Below are positions 1-11,340 of a DNA stretch of 64,000 bases, piece by piece. The stretch's first letter is position 1; each line of letters starts with the position of its first letter. This stretch comes from Candidatus Binatia bacterium (lineage in GTDB: Bacteria > Desulfobacterota > Binatia > UBA9968 > CAXXLF01), in the NCBI GenBank assembly GCA_963664015.2, contig CAXXLF010000002.1, forward strand, positions 1,024,001 to 1,088,000, written 5' to 3'. The position numbers and the translations under genes were made by a program. Under the pieces are notes generated by a model that was not told the DNA's origin, did not search any database, and saw only the letters and a list, made by a program, of their open reading frames with translations.

Positions 1-794
1 AGTTGCACAGCTTCTCGGTCGGACTGGAAGGATCACCAGACATCCTGGCAGCCCGGGAGGTGGCCAAACACCTTGGCACACGTCACCACGAATACGTCTA
101 CACCGCCGGTGAAGCCCTTTCCATACTAAGGGACGCCATTGTCCATCTGGAGTCCTACGATCCTGCACTGCTACGCAGCGCCGTCCCGTGTTATTTCGTT
201 TCCAAGATTGCCTCCGACCACGTCAAAGTTGTTTTGACCGGAGAGGGCGCCGATGAGGCATTCGCTGGATACCTCTATTTTCGGGGCGTCAACGACCCGG
301 GCATCCTTCATAGGGAATGCGTCAGGCTGCTCAGCGGCTTGCACAACATGAACCTGCAGCGCGTCGACCGCATGACGATGGCCCATTCCATTGAAGGCCG
401 TGTACCTTTTCTCGATATCGACTTCCTCGATACCGTGATGGCCATCGACCCGCGGGAAAAGCTCCATCGACCCAACCATCCCTAAAAGTGGTTGCTGCGC
501 GATGCCGTTGAGGGCCTGTTGCCGGAGTCTATCCTGTGGCGCACCAAGCAGGAATTCGCCCAGGGCTGCGGTTCGGAATGGACGTTTCGCGAGCATTGTG
601 ACGGAATCGTCAGCGACTGGGAAATGGACACCGCGGCTCAGCGATTTCCCATGGACACACCGGAGACTAAAGAGGCCTTTCACTACCGCCGAGTTTTCGA
701 AGATGCCTTCCCGGGAGAAACGGCCCGTCGAACCGTGGGACGATGGCGCGGGGCATTTGCATCAACAATTGAAGAGAAGAGAGTTTATGAATAA
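1..794 (+). pseudogene. asnB: Asparagine synthase (glutamine-hydrolysing) family, C-terminal part, interrupted by an in-frame TAA; 5' end lies outside the window
   Basis: Motifs VVLTGEGADE, RVDRMTMAHSIEGRVPFLD, WRTKQEF. ORFs 3..485 and 492..794 share a frame, and TAA at 483-485 sits where the E of 'EKWLLR' is expected. Confidence 0.8.
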
Positions 795-2076
795 CATCAG
801 CGAATCGTCACTAACCAACGGAGTTACAGGTCTAAAAACCTACAGCGACACTGTCGCGAACGGATACTACGACAAGCACGTAGGCGGCCTCTTTGGAAAA
901 CACGACAACGTGCGAACTTACTGGGAGGATCAGCTGACGCGGCTCGTCATGCGCCCGTTCGTCGCCCGGATCGCTTCCAACTGTCGCGCCGCGAAACGGG
1001 GAGTGAGGATTTTAGATCTGGGATGCGGTTCGGGCCAAGGATACGAGCTTCTAACCCGGGTCAACCAGAAAGACCTGGGCCTGGACGAGGAACTGAGCTA
1101 CGTGCTGCCGGCGGATGAGGTAGCCTCGTATCTGGGTGTGGATATCACCGATGCCATGGTGGATCAGGGCCGGCAAAACTACACCGGTAACCCAACTATC
1201 GCCTTCGATCAAGCGGACCTCTCCAAAGGCCTCGGAACCGTCAAGTCAGAGGCCCCCTTCGATATCTACTTTTCCTCTTACGGGTCATTGTCCCATTTAA
1301 CCACCGCCGAGTTGACTCACTGTTTGACCGACATCCTTCACCATGCCAGACCGGGAGCCCTGATCGTCATGGATTTGGTCGGACGGTTCTCACCCGAGTG
1401 GCCCGCCTACTGGACCACGCCCCCTATAGCCAACGACATGCGCCACTATTCAATGAGCTACATGTATAGCGAGGAAGAACGCCGGAAAGGCGACGTAGAA
1501 AAATTCCTCCTCCGCTTCTGGAGTGGCGATGAGGTAAAGAACCTGTGTCGCCAGCTGAGCCAGCAAAACGACGTCGCCCTGAACCCCCTCGCATTGCTCG
1601 ACCGTTCCATATTCGTGGGGCGCCACGTTGACACAAAAGAATACGGCTGCAATCTCCCCTCCCTACGCAGCACGGTTAACCGTCTTTACGAACTTAACGT
1701 GCGTACCAAACTGGAGAGCCTTCAATTCACCCATTACCACTCCGACGGCAACCAAGAACTCCATCAGTTTTTCGGTGAGCTCGCCATGTGCTGGTCCAAG
1801 GTCGTTGAATTCACACTCGAACGAATCCAGGGACGGAGGGTCGACCTCGTTGCAATCAACGGTTGGCGCGGATTTCCACCGCATCTGCAAACGGCCCTGA
1901 TGACCATGGACCGAGTCATCGACAGTCTATCGGGGATCGACCTGGGCGACGTCCGGGCCAACATCCTTGAACCGCAGCTGGCCTACGTATTGCGCCGTCT
2001 CGAGCAAACGACGCAAAGCGGGAAGGGTTGTGGGCACGGTCTGGTTGCCGTATTGCAAGTTGGGCAGAATTTATAA
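787..2076 (+). CDS. Class I SAM-dependent methyltransferase (~429 aa)
   Basis: ILDLGCGSG motif I and YLGVDI motif. ATG at 787 follows a purine-rich RBS and overlaps the asnB-like stop. Confidence 0.8.
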   Translation: MNNISESSLTNGVTGLKTYSDTVANGYYDKHVGGLFGKHDNVRTYWEDQLTRLVMRPFVARIASNCRAAKRGVRILDLGCGSGQGYELLTRVNQKDLGLDEELSYVLPADEVASYLGVDITDAMVDQGRQNYTGNPTIAFDQADLSKGLGTVKSEAPFDIYFSSYGSLSHLTTAELTHCLTDILHHARPGALIVMDLVGRFSPEWPAYWTTPPIANDMRHYSMSYMYSEEERRKGDVEKFLLRFWSGDEVKNLCRQLSQQNDVALNPLALLDRSIFVGRHVDTKEYGCNLPSLRSTVNRLYELNVRTKLESLQFTHYHSDGNQELHQFFGELAMCWSKVVEFTLERIQGRRVDLVAINGWRGFPPHLQTALMTMDRVIDSLSGIDLGDVRANILEPQLAYVLRRLEQTTQSGKGCGHGLVAVLQVGQNL

Positions 2077-2163
2077 TTCCACTTGGAATCATCGAACGTC
2101 GTGAGCAAAGCAAGCCCTCAATTTTCGAAGGGTGAACCGCAGGATATCTCAAGAGGCCATACC

Positions 2164-3720
2164 ATGCGTTATCTTCTGGTCTTATTGTTTTCGTTGGTTT
2201 TGGCAATGCCCGCTCCCCGACTCGCCGGAGCCGATACGGACGCACCCCAGCATGGGGGAACTCTAACCGTCGCCGCCCATAGGGACATCTCAAGCATGAA
2301 CCCCATGGTAAAAGCGTCGTCGCACGACAAGTGGATTCGCCGGCTAATGTTCGAACCCCTTTTAGAAGTCGACGAGAGTGGAACGATCCATCCCTATCTC
2401 GCCGAATCCTGGGATATCTCCAGTGATGGCAGGGCATACACCTTCCGTTTAAGAAAAGGCGTAAAATTTCACGATGGCCGGGAGATGACGGCAGGCGATG
2501 TGAAGTTTTCCGTCGATTACGTACTCAACCCTAAGAATGCCGCCTTTGGTCCAGGTCGACTGGACCAGGTTGAAGTCGTAGAGGCCGTCAATAAGCATAC
2601 ACTCAAGGTCACCCTCAAGAAACCAACTTTAGGCTTCCTAAGTTCGCTGACGACCATCCAAACGCTTGCGGTGGTTTCCAAAGGGTCCCTCGAGGTTGGG
2701 AGCGTTCGGCCGTTGAGGTTTCCTCCGGGCACGGGGCCGTTCAGGTTCGCCGACTGGAGGCCTAGGCAGCGGTTCGTCATTGCACGACATAGGGAATACT
2801 GGCGGTACACGCCTTTCTTAGAGAGGGTCGTCTTCCGACCCATAACAAACGCCACGGTTCGGCTCACCGCACTTCGAACCGGAAATGTGGATCTAGCCAT
2901 TGGAATTCCGGGGGAATGGGTTCCTCAAATCGCTGCGGGCAAGTTAAAGGGATTGAGCACCATTAAAACTTCCAACTCCAGTCTCTATCGTATTCAATTC
3001 AATGCCGCCCACCCCCCTTTCAATAATAAAAAGTTGCGCCAGGCGGTGGCCCATGCCATTGACAAGAGGGAACTGATCCAGAATGTCTTTTACGGCCAGG
3101 GGACCCCGATTGTCCAAAAGTATCCGGAGGGGCATCCATGGTATTTCAAAGATCTATCGGCCCGGCGGTATGACCAGACTATAGCGCTGGCGCTCCTAAG
3201 AGAATCCGGATACAGGGGCGAGATGATCGAGCTCATCTCCGGCCGGTCGAGTCTCAATCAAAACCTGTCCGCTACGGTTCAGGCTCAGCTGAGACGGGTC
3301 GGCATTCCCGTAAAACGGAGGCTCATCGATTCCTGGTCCTATCGACGGCGCGTGAGACGCGGAGAATTCAGCATTCAGATAGGGGCCGCCGGTAAATACG
3401 TGGACCCGGCCGACACCTACAGCCTGGAACTCGCCTGCGAGCCCGACCTCAAGAAACGGGGCCATAATGCGACCGGGTACTGTGATCCGGAAATGCAATT
3501 ACTGCTCGACCAGGCGGAGGGAGAAATGGATCCTAATGCCCGCAGGGAAGTCTTCAAACAAATCCTGACCAAATTCACCGAAGACGTACCAAGTGTCTAT
3601 ATTGCCTTCATTTCTAGTTTCTTTGCCTTCAATGACACCGTCAAGGGATTTACCAGCATCGATGACGGGACCTTGGAATACCTGAATGGCGGCTTAAGTC
3701 GCACCTGGTTGGACCGTTAG
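2164..3720 (+). CDS. ABC transporter substrate-binding protein, family 5 (peptide/nickel type)
   Basis: Signal peptide MRYLLVLLF..., LAESWDISSDGRAYTFRLRKGVKFHDG signature, PGTGPF, LRQAVAHAID. No permease or ATPase follows. Confidence 0.9.
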   Translation: MRYLLVLLFSLVLAMPAPRLAGADTDAPQHGGTLTVAAHRDISSMNPMVKASSHDKWIRRLMFEPLLEVDESGTIHPYLAESWDISSDGRAYTFRLRKGVKFHDGREMTAGDVKFSVDYVLNPKNAAFGPGRLDQVEVVEAVNKHTLKVTLKKPTLGFLSSLTTIQTLAVVSKGSLEVGSVRPLRFPPGTGPFRFADWRPRQRFVIARHREYWRYTPFLERVVFRPITNATVRLTALRTGNVDLAIGIPGEWVPQIAAGKLKGLSTIKTSNSSLYRIQFNAAHPPFNNKKLRQAVAHAIDKRELIQNVFYGQGTPIVQKYPEGHPWYFKDLSARRYDQTIALALLRESGYRGEMIELISGRSSLNQNLSATVQAQLRRVGIPVKRRLIDSWSYRRRVRRGEFSIQIGAAGKYVDPADTYSLELACEPDLKKRGHNATGYCDPEMQLLLDQAEGEMDPNARREVFKQILTKFTEDVPSVYIAFISSFFAFNDTVKGFTSIDDGTLEYLNGGLSRTWLDR

Positions 3721-3739
3721 ACACCGGGTTATGGTCATC

Positions 3740-4783
3740 CTATACGGGCCATAGCAGTCTCATAGCGAATTCCACAACTCCGCCGCCAAGGACCAGCCAC
3801 GCCGAGTTGAACTTAAAATTCACTATCAGTAGGGCCGAGATTAGTGCCACGATCGTCGTAACGCCGTCTATCAAAGCCGATCGGCCGAGCTGCCACGTAA
3901 CCGCAGCCATCAGCCCGAGGGACGCCACGTTAACCCCATCGAGGAAACCAGAGACCCAGCGGGATCGGCGCATTCGTGGTATCAACGGGCTGCTCGCCAG
4001 AACAAACAAGAATGCCGGGAGAAATATTCCAACTGTCGCCAGCATCGCGCCCGGTGAGCCCGCGATCAGGTAGCCAATAAAGGTGCCGTGGTAACCCCGG
4101 CCGGTGGGGCGGCCGCTGCCATAGCCTGGGAAATCCACAAAACGGGGAAGCCTATCAGGAGCAGTCTCGACCTTTGCCATCGATTCCGGAGGTTCTGGGT
4201 CCCCATGACAACAAAACCAGCCGTAAACAGGAGATCGATCTCATTGAATCCGAAGAAGAATAAAATGACGACACCGACTCCGACGGCCCCTGTCAGCGGC
4301 CCCTTGACTGCCGCCTTGCCCAATGACCAAAGAGCTTGAAGTACGATGGCAATGATGACCGGCTTGATTCCGTATAGAATCCACGTCGCTTCCGGTAACG
4401 AACCATACCGGACATAGACCCAGGCAAGGGCCCAAACAATGAGCATGGCAGGCAGGATGAAGCAGCTTCCGGCAACGACGAGCCCCTTCCCATCCAGCGC
4501 GTACCAGACCGATATGAATTGCCAACTCGGTGGAGTTGGGACCGGGTATCAAGTTTGTGGCCCCAAGCAGGTCGAGGAAGCTCTGTCGGTCGAGCCAACC
4601 TCTCTTTCGCACCACCTCATCCTCCATCATGGCGATGTGCGCCGCCGGCCCACCGAAAGCGATCGTGCCGAGCTTCAAAAACAAGCTGGCGAGCTCACCA
4701 AGGGAACCGCTGGAAGGTCTGCCTGTTTTCATGGGTGGCACTGCCTTCGCCGCCCTCTCATCCATGCCACCGGCTTTATCCAT
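3740..4783 (-). pseudogene. chrA: Chromate ion transporter (CHR, long chain), frameshifted and internally deleted
   Basis: FLKLGTIAFGGPAAHIAMM and IPGPNSTE (4241..4783) continue in 4066..4446 and 3740..4180 (TFIGYL...GFLDGVNVASLGLM). Three frames; the start of the second CHR domain is missing. Confidence 0.85.
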
Positions 4784-4897
4784 GTTAATCGAAATTTAGC
4801 GAAACTTTCGCCGCCCGTGAGCGAAATAGTTCGAGGCTCGACCTGATCCATTTAACAACCAGGAACGTCACCGTATCTCCCGACGTCTTTGGCAGCC

Positions 4898-5402
4898 CTA
4901 GTACCCGCTGTAACCGCTCGGAGGATTATTACCCTGAGAAGTGACACTGAGGAGAATCGGCAGCAATACCCCCATACCCAACGCAAAGAGCCAAAGCGCG
5001 GGTCCCGGTGGTGACTCGGGCTCAGGACCCAGACGCCAGAGGGCGAGATCGCTTAACGCTCGGGAAATCAATCCAAGCGCTGCTCCATACAGAATCCACC
5101 CTACTAATTCGGGGAACAGGGCGCGCATTCCCTCTGCGGTCCACTGAGGGTCCTGGCCGGATAGCAACGGGAACACGATCACGCTGACCAGACCCCACAG
5201 GGGAATACCCAGAGCGGCAGGGGTCATGGTGCTATCCGCATAGCAGTGCGGGGTAGGCGGAAAGGCCAGGGCAAAACCCGCCCCGACAAGAACGCCAATG
5301 ACGACTCCCAGGACGCCACTGCTCAAGGTCATTACCAGCGCGGCACTAGCCCCCAAACCGGCTACAAGGCCGAAGCAGACTCGCCTTAGCCGATCTGTTC
5401 AT
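4898..5402 (-). pseudogene. Multi-pass membrane protein remnant
   Basis: Several hydrophobic helices. The upstream ATG near 5402 is out of frame with the TM-coding frame, and there is an abrupt junction at [14 protein letters not shown]. Confidence 0.45.
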
Positions 5403-5820
5403 ACTGAATTTAACAATTTTCTAAAAAGTTTTGATGCGCTAACAGATCACCTGAGAAAGAAAAGATTAAAATTACAACTCATTTCACTCAACGACAATAA
5501 CACCCCGACGGTCACACGCACTTTCGGAAGGGCGTAAGTTTAGATTTCAATGGGGCATTCTCGTCGGATTCGAATCGCCAAGATGAAGGGCATTAGGCGC
5601 TCTTGAATCCAAACCTCGAGCCTCATATACTCCTCCAGCAGATTGACTCCAGATTTAAACGGTAGCGGGGGCAGTAATCCATGACCGTCCGGCATAGAGT
5701 GGAACCATCGTTTCGCCCCTCAGGCTCTGTGCAGGCTCTGATAAATACTGCACTCTATAACCAACTAGCTACGAGAGCGACTCTGGGTTATACACCGAAC
5801 TGGATTGAGGAGGTCAGCCG

Positions 5821-6909
5821 ATGAGTATCCCAAACAATTTACCGATCATTGATGCCGATTCCCACGTGATCGAGACCGCACGGACATGGGAATACCTAGA
5901 GCCTGCAGAGCATAAATATCGTCCCCTCCTTTATTCCTCTCCAGATAATCCGGCCAGGCAGTACTGGATGATCGACGGCAGTATATGTGGTCTACGCTTT
6001 CCGACATTGTCAGAACAGGAGTTAAAAACAATGTCGGAGAAGGTAGGGAGGAATGTGGAAACGCCGCAGATGGCCCGTGAGCTTGACGATGTGCAACTGA
6101 GGCTTAAACACATGGACGAGCTAGGAATCGATATCCAGGTTGTGCACAACACGTTCTGGATCGAACAGGTCTCGCCTCGTCCGGAGGTAGAGGCTGCACT
6201 CTGCCGGAGCTGGAACCGCTGGCTCGGTGATGTATGGCGGAAGGGTAACGGAAGGTTGCGCTGGACGTGTGTGGTCCCCTCAATGCTGATGGACGAGACA
6301 ATCGCCCAGGTCAAAGTGGCGAAGGAGAATGGCGCAGTCGGGGTATGTCTGAGACCGCTGGAGGGGAACCGGCACCTTACGGACCCGTACTTTTATCCGC
6401 TCTATGAAGTGGCGAGCAGTCTGGACATGGCGATCGCCGTGCATATCGCCAACGGCAACCCGGACTATTGTGATCTTTATCGCTATACTCCGGCAAGCAC
6501 CATGACGATGTTCCGGGTGCCAACGGTAGTTTCCTGCTTTGCGCTCTTGATGAGCGAAATCCCGCAAGTCTTCCCCAATTTGCGATGGGGCTTTATTGAA
6601 ACGTCAGCCCAGTGGGTGCCGTGGATTTACCAAGAAGTCGCCATTCGGTACCGGGGTGCGGGCAGAAACCTTCCTGAAGATCTGTTTCATGAAAACAACA
6701 TCTTTATTACCTGTCAGACCACCGATGACATTCCCTACATTCTAAGATATTCCGGCGAGCACAGTTTAGCCATTGGTACCGACTATGGACACACCGATAC
6801 CGCTAGCATGGTGGATGCGATCACGGAGTTCAAAGGGCGTGAGGCCGTCAGCCCGGATGACCGCGAAAGAATTCTTACCCACAACCCCAGAGCTTTGTAC
6901 GCCCTCTAG
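5821..6909 (+). CDS. Amidohydrolase family 2 protein (metal-dependent hydrolase/decarboxylase)
   Basis: IIDADSHVIE metal motif, IAVH, IGTDYGHTD; GAGGAGG RBS. Confidence 0.9.
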   Translation: MSIPNNLPIIDADSHVIETARTWEYLEPAEHKYRPLLYSSPDNPARQYWMIDGSICGLRFPTLSEQELKTMSEKVGRNVETPQMARELDDVQLRLKHMDELGIDIQVVHNTFWIEQVSPRPEVEAALCRSWNRWLGDVWRKGNGRLRWTCVVPSMLMDETIAQVKVAKENGAVGVCLRPLEGNRHLTDPYFYPLYEVASSLDMAIAVHIANGNPDYCDLYRYTPASTMTMFRVPTVVSCFALLMSEIPQVFPNLRWGFIETSAQWVPWIYQEVAIRYRGAGRNLPEDLFHENNIFITCQTTDDIPYILRYSGEHSLAIGTDYGHTDTASMVDAITEFKGREAVSPDDRERILTHNPRALYAL

Positions 6910-7021
6910 GAGCGCGGGAAAACATCATACCCAGAGTAAGTCTCGCTGTGAACCCATAATCACATTCAAATTGCTTTTTAATGTCGGCGGAGAGTAGCCC
7001 AGCCCCTCGTAGAGCCCTACG

Positions 7022-8034
7022 CTACAGTGAGCAGACGGAAGCGCAGGACACGGTAATGTTGCCGTCCTCCAGCGGTTGCCGCATGACCTCCAGGACATTG
7101 CGCCGGAATTCGGGCAGCTCATCGAGTAAGAGACCGCCATTGTGCGCCATGGACACCTCTCCCGGTTTCGGGACCATTCCCCCTCCCACCAACCCGGCAT
7201 CCGATATGGTGTGATGGGGAGAGCGAAAGGGGCGAGTGGCCAGGAGGGGTCGACCGTCCAACAAACCCATGACGCTGTGGATCTTGGTGGTCTCCAGAGC
7301 TTCGGGCAGCGACATATCGGAGAGGATCGTTGGGAGCCTCTTGGCCAGCATCGTCTTGCCCGACCCCAGTGGTCCGATGAGGAGCACGTTGTGCCCTCCG
7401 AAGGCAGCCACCTCCAGGGCCCGTTTGACATGCTGCTGTCCCTTAACGTCGCTGAAATCGGTGTCATACACTGAATGGCTGCGGAACACCTTGCCCACGT
7501 CGACCCGTGTGGGTTCAAGAACACCATTACCGCCAAGAAATTCAATCACCTGGGGTAGGTTTTCTGCGCCTAGGACTTCGATCCCCTCCACTACGGCGGC
7601 CTCGGGGACATTGGCAGCCGGCAACACCAGTCCGCGCAGGCCCTCTTCTTTGACTGCCAGGGCCACCGGCAAAGCGCCACGGACCGGCTTGATCTCGCCG
7701 TCCAGGGAGAGTTCACCAATCATAAAAACTCCTGAAGCCGTTCCTTCGGGACTAGGCCTTCCGCGGCCAGGATCCCCACAGCCATGGGCAGATCGTCACC
7801 GGAGCCCTCTTTCTTGATGTCCGCTGGGGCCAGATTGATCGTGATCTTTTTCGACGGGAAGGAATAGGCGCAGTTTTTCAGAGCCGCACGAATACGGTCC
7901 TTGCTCTCCCGGACCGCTCCTTCGGCGAGCCCCACCGTTGCCAATTGCGGAAGACCGGAAGCGATATCAACTTCCACCTCGACCCGCAGCGTGTTTATAC
8001 CCTAGAGGGAAGCGCTTTGTACCTTCGGCAGCAT
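7022..8034 (-). pseudogene. comM: YifB/ComM Mg-chelatase-like AAA+ ATPase; nonsense codon, frameshift and C-terminal truncation
   Basis: ATG at 8034 gives MLPKVQSASL*GINTLRVEVEVD. Later motifs [40 protein letters not shown] and LDELPEF; frameshift near 7725; ends at ITVS, about a third short. Confidence 0.9.
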
Positions 8035-8038
8035 ATTG

Positions 8039-8136
8039 GAAACCCCATCGGTCCTTCGACTTTGCTCAGGATGGTGAGCTTGTCGAGTCGGTCGAACCAC
8101 TTTGTGCCCGCCTCAAGAGGCGGGGTTAACCTCGAG
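8039..8136. repeat. Palindromic intergenic repeat family 1, copy 1
   Basis: AACCCC-TCGGTCCTTCGACTTTGCTCAGGATGGTGAGCTTGTCGA...ACCACTTTGTGC-CGCCTCAAGAGGCGGG..TTAACCTCGA, near-identical to 25389..25478. Confidence 0.9.
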
Positions 8137-8221
8137 TCCACCATATTATTGCTAATCTTGCTAACCGGGGAAAATCCTGTTAAGAGAAAACATGGACACA
8201 CAGAATCCATCTCCTATTATT

Positions 8222-8249
8222 ACCCAGGCCTTCGTCTGGGTTTTTTTTT
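8222..8249 (+). terminator. Intrinsic terminator-like hairpin inside the guaB leader
   Basis: ACCCAGGC-CTTC-GTCTGGGT stem running into a T9 tract (8241-8249), about 21 nt before the guaB ATG. Confidence 0.6.
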
Positions 8250-8270
8250 ACCCAGAATCGGAGTTGAGCC

Positions 8271-9737
8271 ATGTTTAACCAGGAGTTACTTCCCGTCGGC
8301 TTGACCTTTGATGATGTCCTCCTCATCCCTGCGGAATCGTCCGTGCTGCCGCGGGAGATCGATGTCTCTACGCCCCTGACAGAACGCATCAAACTGAACG
8401 TACCCCTACTCAGCGCCGCCATGGACACCGTCACGGAGGCCCGTACGGCCATTGCCATGGCTCAGGAAGGGGGCATGGGGTTCATTCATCGCAACATGTC
8501 CGCGACCGCTCAATCCAAAGAAGTCGAAAAGGTGAAAAAATATGAGAGCGGGATGATCTCGGAACCCATTACGGTCGCCCCCCATCAAAAGCTCGCCGAA
8601 GCCCGTGAGATTATGCGCCAGAACGGCATTTCGGGACTGCCAGTAACCCAGGGAAACAAACTGGTTGGCATCCTAACCAACAGGGACTTACGTTTCGAAA
8701 AGAGATTGGATCGGCCCGTATCGGAGGTAATGACCAAGGAAAACCTGATTACCGCTCAACCCGGCGTGGACTTTGAAGAAGCCAAAGAGATTCTACACCA
8801 ACACCGCATTGAGAAGCTCCTCGTAATCGACACTCATTACCAATTAAAAGGTCTTATCACGGTCAAGGATATTGAGAAAAAAACCCAGTATCCGTTTGCC
8901 TGCAAAGATGAACGGGGCCGATTGCGCGTAGGCGGCGCCATCGGAGTCGGACCGGACTGTGAGGCTAGGGTGGAGGCTCTGATCGGGGCCGGCGTCGATA
9001 TGATCGCTGTAGATTCGGCTCATGGCCATTCCAAGAACGTCCTGGATGTGGTCGCCCGAACGCGGCAACACTATCCTGACCTCGACATCGCTGCCGGCAA
9101 CGTGGCCACCGAAGAAGGGACCCAAGCCTTGATCGATGCCGGGGCTAACGCGATCAAAATCGGCGTTGGGCCGGGCTCGATCTGCACAACGCGGGTTATT
9201 TCCGGAATTGGCGTACCTCAGCTCACGGCTATCGCCAACTGCGCCAAGGCTGCGGTGCGTCACAATATCGCCGTCATATCCGACGGAGGCATCAAGTACT
9301 CGGGTGACATCACCAAGGCACTGGCTGCCGGCGCCAGTTCGGTCATGATTGGAGGCCTCTTTGCTGGGACCGAGGAAAGCCCCGGCGAAACTATCCTCTA
9401 CCAAGGTCGAACGTATAAAATCTACCGCGGCATGGGCTCCGTGGGCGCAATGAAGGATGGCAGCAAAGACCGCTACGGACAGGGGGATGTTAAGGAAGAC
9501 ACGAAGCTGGTACCCGAGGGAATCGAGGGCCAGATCCCTTACCGGGGATCCTTGGCTTTCAACCTCCATCAATTGGTCGGGGGACTCCGGTCAGGGATGG
9601 GTTACGTGGGGTGCCGTACTATTCAGGAATTGCGCACCAAGGCACAATTTATCCGTGTCACCTCGGCCGGGTTGAGAGAAGGCCACGTCCACAATGTCTT
9701 TATCACTAAAGAGGCTCCCAACTATAGCAGCGAATGA
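8271..9737 (+). CDS. guaB: IMP dehydrogenase
   Basis: [20 protein letters not shown] pair, [13 protein letters not shown] catalytic Cys, YRGMGS. Confidence 0.99.
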   Translation: MFNQELLPVGLTFDDVLLIPAESSVLPREIDVSTPLTERIKLNVPLLSAAMDTVTEARTAIAMAQEGGMGFIHRNMSATAQSKEVEKVKKYESGMISEPITVAPHQKLAEAREIMRQNGISGLPVTQGNKLVGILTNRDLRFEKRLDRPVSEVMTKENLITAQPGVDFEEAKEILHQHRIEKLLVIDTHYQLKGLITVKDIEKKTQYPFACKDERGRLRVGGAIGVGPDCEARVEALIGAGVDMIAVDSAHGHSKNVLDVVARTRQHYPDLDIAAGNVATEEGTQALIDAGANAIKIGVGPGSICTTRVISGIGVPQLTAIANCAKAAVRHNIAVISDGGIKYSGDITKALAAGASSVMIGGLFAGTEESPGETILYQGRTYKIYRGMGSVGAMKDGSKDRYGQGDVKEDTKLVPEGIEGQIPYRGSLAFNLHQLVGGLRSGMGYVGCRTIQELRTKAQFIRVTSAGLREGHVHNVFITKEAPNYSSE

Positions 9738-11263
9738 TCCTCATTCTTGATTTTGGATCCCAGTACACGCGACTCATTGCCCGACGCATCCGCGAGTCCA
9801 AGGTCTACTGTGAGATCCATCCCTTTAACATTGGCCTGGAGAAGATCCGCGACCTCAAGCCCCAAGGGATCGTCCTTTCCGGCGGCCCCGCCAGCGTCTA
9901 CCACGAGACCGCTCCTCAAGTAAAAGACGATATCATTGAGCTTCCCATGCCCATTCTGGGCATCTGTTACGGCATGGGAATTATCAACCGGTCGGCCGGT
10001 GGCCAGGTGGCTCCCGCCGAACAGCGCGAATACGGCTTTGCCGATCTGTTGATCGATGACAATTCGGACCTTTTTTACAATTTCAGCGCGCAAGAAAAGA
10101 CCCGAGTCTGGATGAGCCATGGGGACCAGATGACCTCCATACCGGAGCGGTGGTACTCCCTAGCCCACAGCTCCAATTCACCCATCGCCGCCTTTGCCAG
10201 CCCCGAGCGACGCCTCTTTGGCGTCCAGTTCCACCCGGAAGTCACCCACACATCCAGGGGGAAAGAAATTCTGGATAATTTCCTCTTTCGAATCTGCAAG
10301 TGCGAACCTACCTGGACCATGCCTCACTTCATCGAGACTTCGGTCCAGTCTATCCGCAACCGTGTCGGCGATCATCGAGTCTTATGCGCCATGAGCGGAG
10401 GTGTCGATTCATCCGTAGCAGCCACCCTGGTTCACCGCGCCATCGGCGAGCGTCTGCTTTGCATCTTCGTTAACAACGGTCTGCTGCGCCAGGGTGAAGC
10501 CGAAGATGTTTGCGAGCTCGGCAAGCGTTTCGGAAAATGCTTCCATTACGTAGACGCCAGCCACCGCTTCCTGACCCGACTGGAAGGCGTGGAAGACCCA
10601 GAGGAGAAGAGAAGAAGGATCGGACACGCCTTTATCGAGGTCTTTGAGGAAGAGGCAGACAAACTAGGGGACTACCCCTTTCTGGTCCAGGGAACTCTCT
10701 ATCCCGATGTTATCGAATCGGTCTCCGCCGTCGGGCCATCGGCCACCATCAAAACACACCACAACGTTGGTGGTCTCCCTTCGAAGATGCGTTTTCAGAT
10801 CGTCGAGCCGCTTCGGGAGCTTTTTAAAGATGAAGTGAGAGAACTCGGCAACGCGCTGGGACTTCCCCGGGATCTCATCATGCGCCAGCCCTACCCTGGC
10901 CCAGGCCTGGCGGTTCGTATTCTGGGCGACGTCACGGAGGAGAGGTTGCAAATCCTGCGTGAGGCGGACACCATAGTTGCCCACGAGATGAAGGCCGCCG
11001 ATTTTTACGACAAGGTCTGGCAGTCTTTTGCCGTTCTGGTGCCTAACCGGACCGTCGGGGTCATGGGTGACGAGCGAAACTACGAGTACCTCATCGCCCT
11101 CAGGGTAGTGGAAAGTCAGGACGGGATGACCGCCGATTGGGTCCCGCTGCCACCGGAGCTGTTGGGTCGGATCTCCAACCGAATCATCAATGAGGTCAGA
11201 GGGGCCGGCCGAGTGGTATATGATATTTCCTCCAAACCCCCTGCCACCATTGAATGGGAATGA
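9734..11263 (+). CDS. guaA: GMP synthase (glutamine-hydrolysing)
   Basis: [44 protein letters not shown]. Confidence 0.99.
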   Translation: MILILDFGSQYTRLIARRIRESKVYCEIHPFNIGLEKIRDLKPQGIVLSGGPASVYHETAPQVKDDIIELPMPILGICYGMGIINRSAGGQVAPAEQREYGFADLLIDDNSDLFYNFSAQEKTRVWMSHGDQMTSIPERWYSLAHSSNSPIAAFASPERRLFGVQFHPEVTHTSRGKEILDNFLFRICKCEPTWTMPHFIETSVQSIRNRVGDHRVLCAMSGGVDSSVAATLVHRAIGERLLCIFVNNGLLRQGEAEDVCELGKRFGKCFHYVDASHRFLTRLEGVEDPEEKRRRIGHAFIEVFEEEADKLGDYPFLVQGTLYPDVIESVSAVGPSATIKTHHNVGGLPSKMRFQIVEPLRELFKDEVRELGNALGLPRDLIMRQPYPGPGLAVRILGDVTEERLQILREADTIVAHEMKAADFYDKVWQSFAVLVPNRTVGVMGDERNYEYLIALRVVESQDGMTADWVPLPPELLGRISNRIINEVRGAGRVVYDISSKPPATIEWE

Positions 11264-11340
11264 GACGGGCAGCTTTGGTACCGAAGATAAATTGTACCGC
11301 CCACTATTATGTGGTAGGTTAATCCGCGGAAAAAGGACAC

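Noticed and set aside
4784-4897. Known chromate- or fluoride-associated RNA motif upstream of chrA
   Set aside because: I could not match any consensus by eye; an Rfam scan is needed.
5756-5792. TATAACC...GGTTATA inverted repeat upstream of the amidohydrolase
   Set aside because: Only a 7-bp arm with a long spacer and a single occurrence; not enough to call an operator or RNA.
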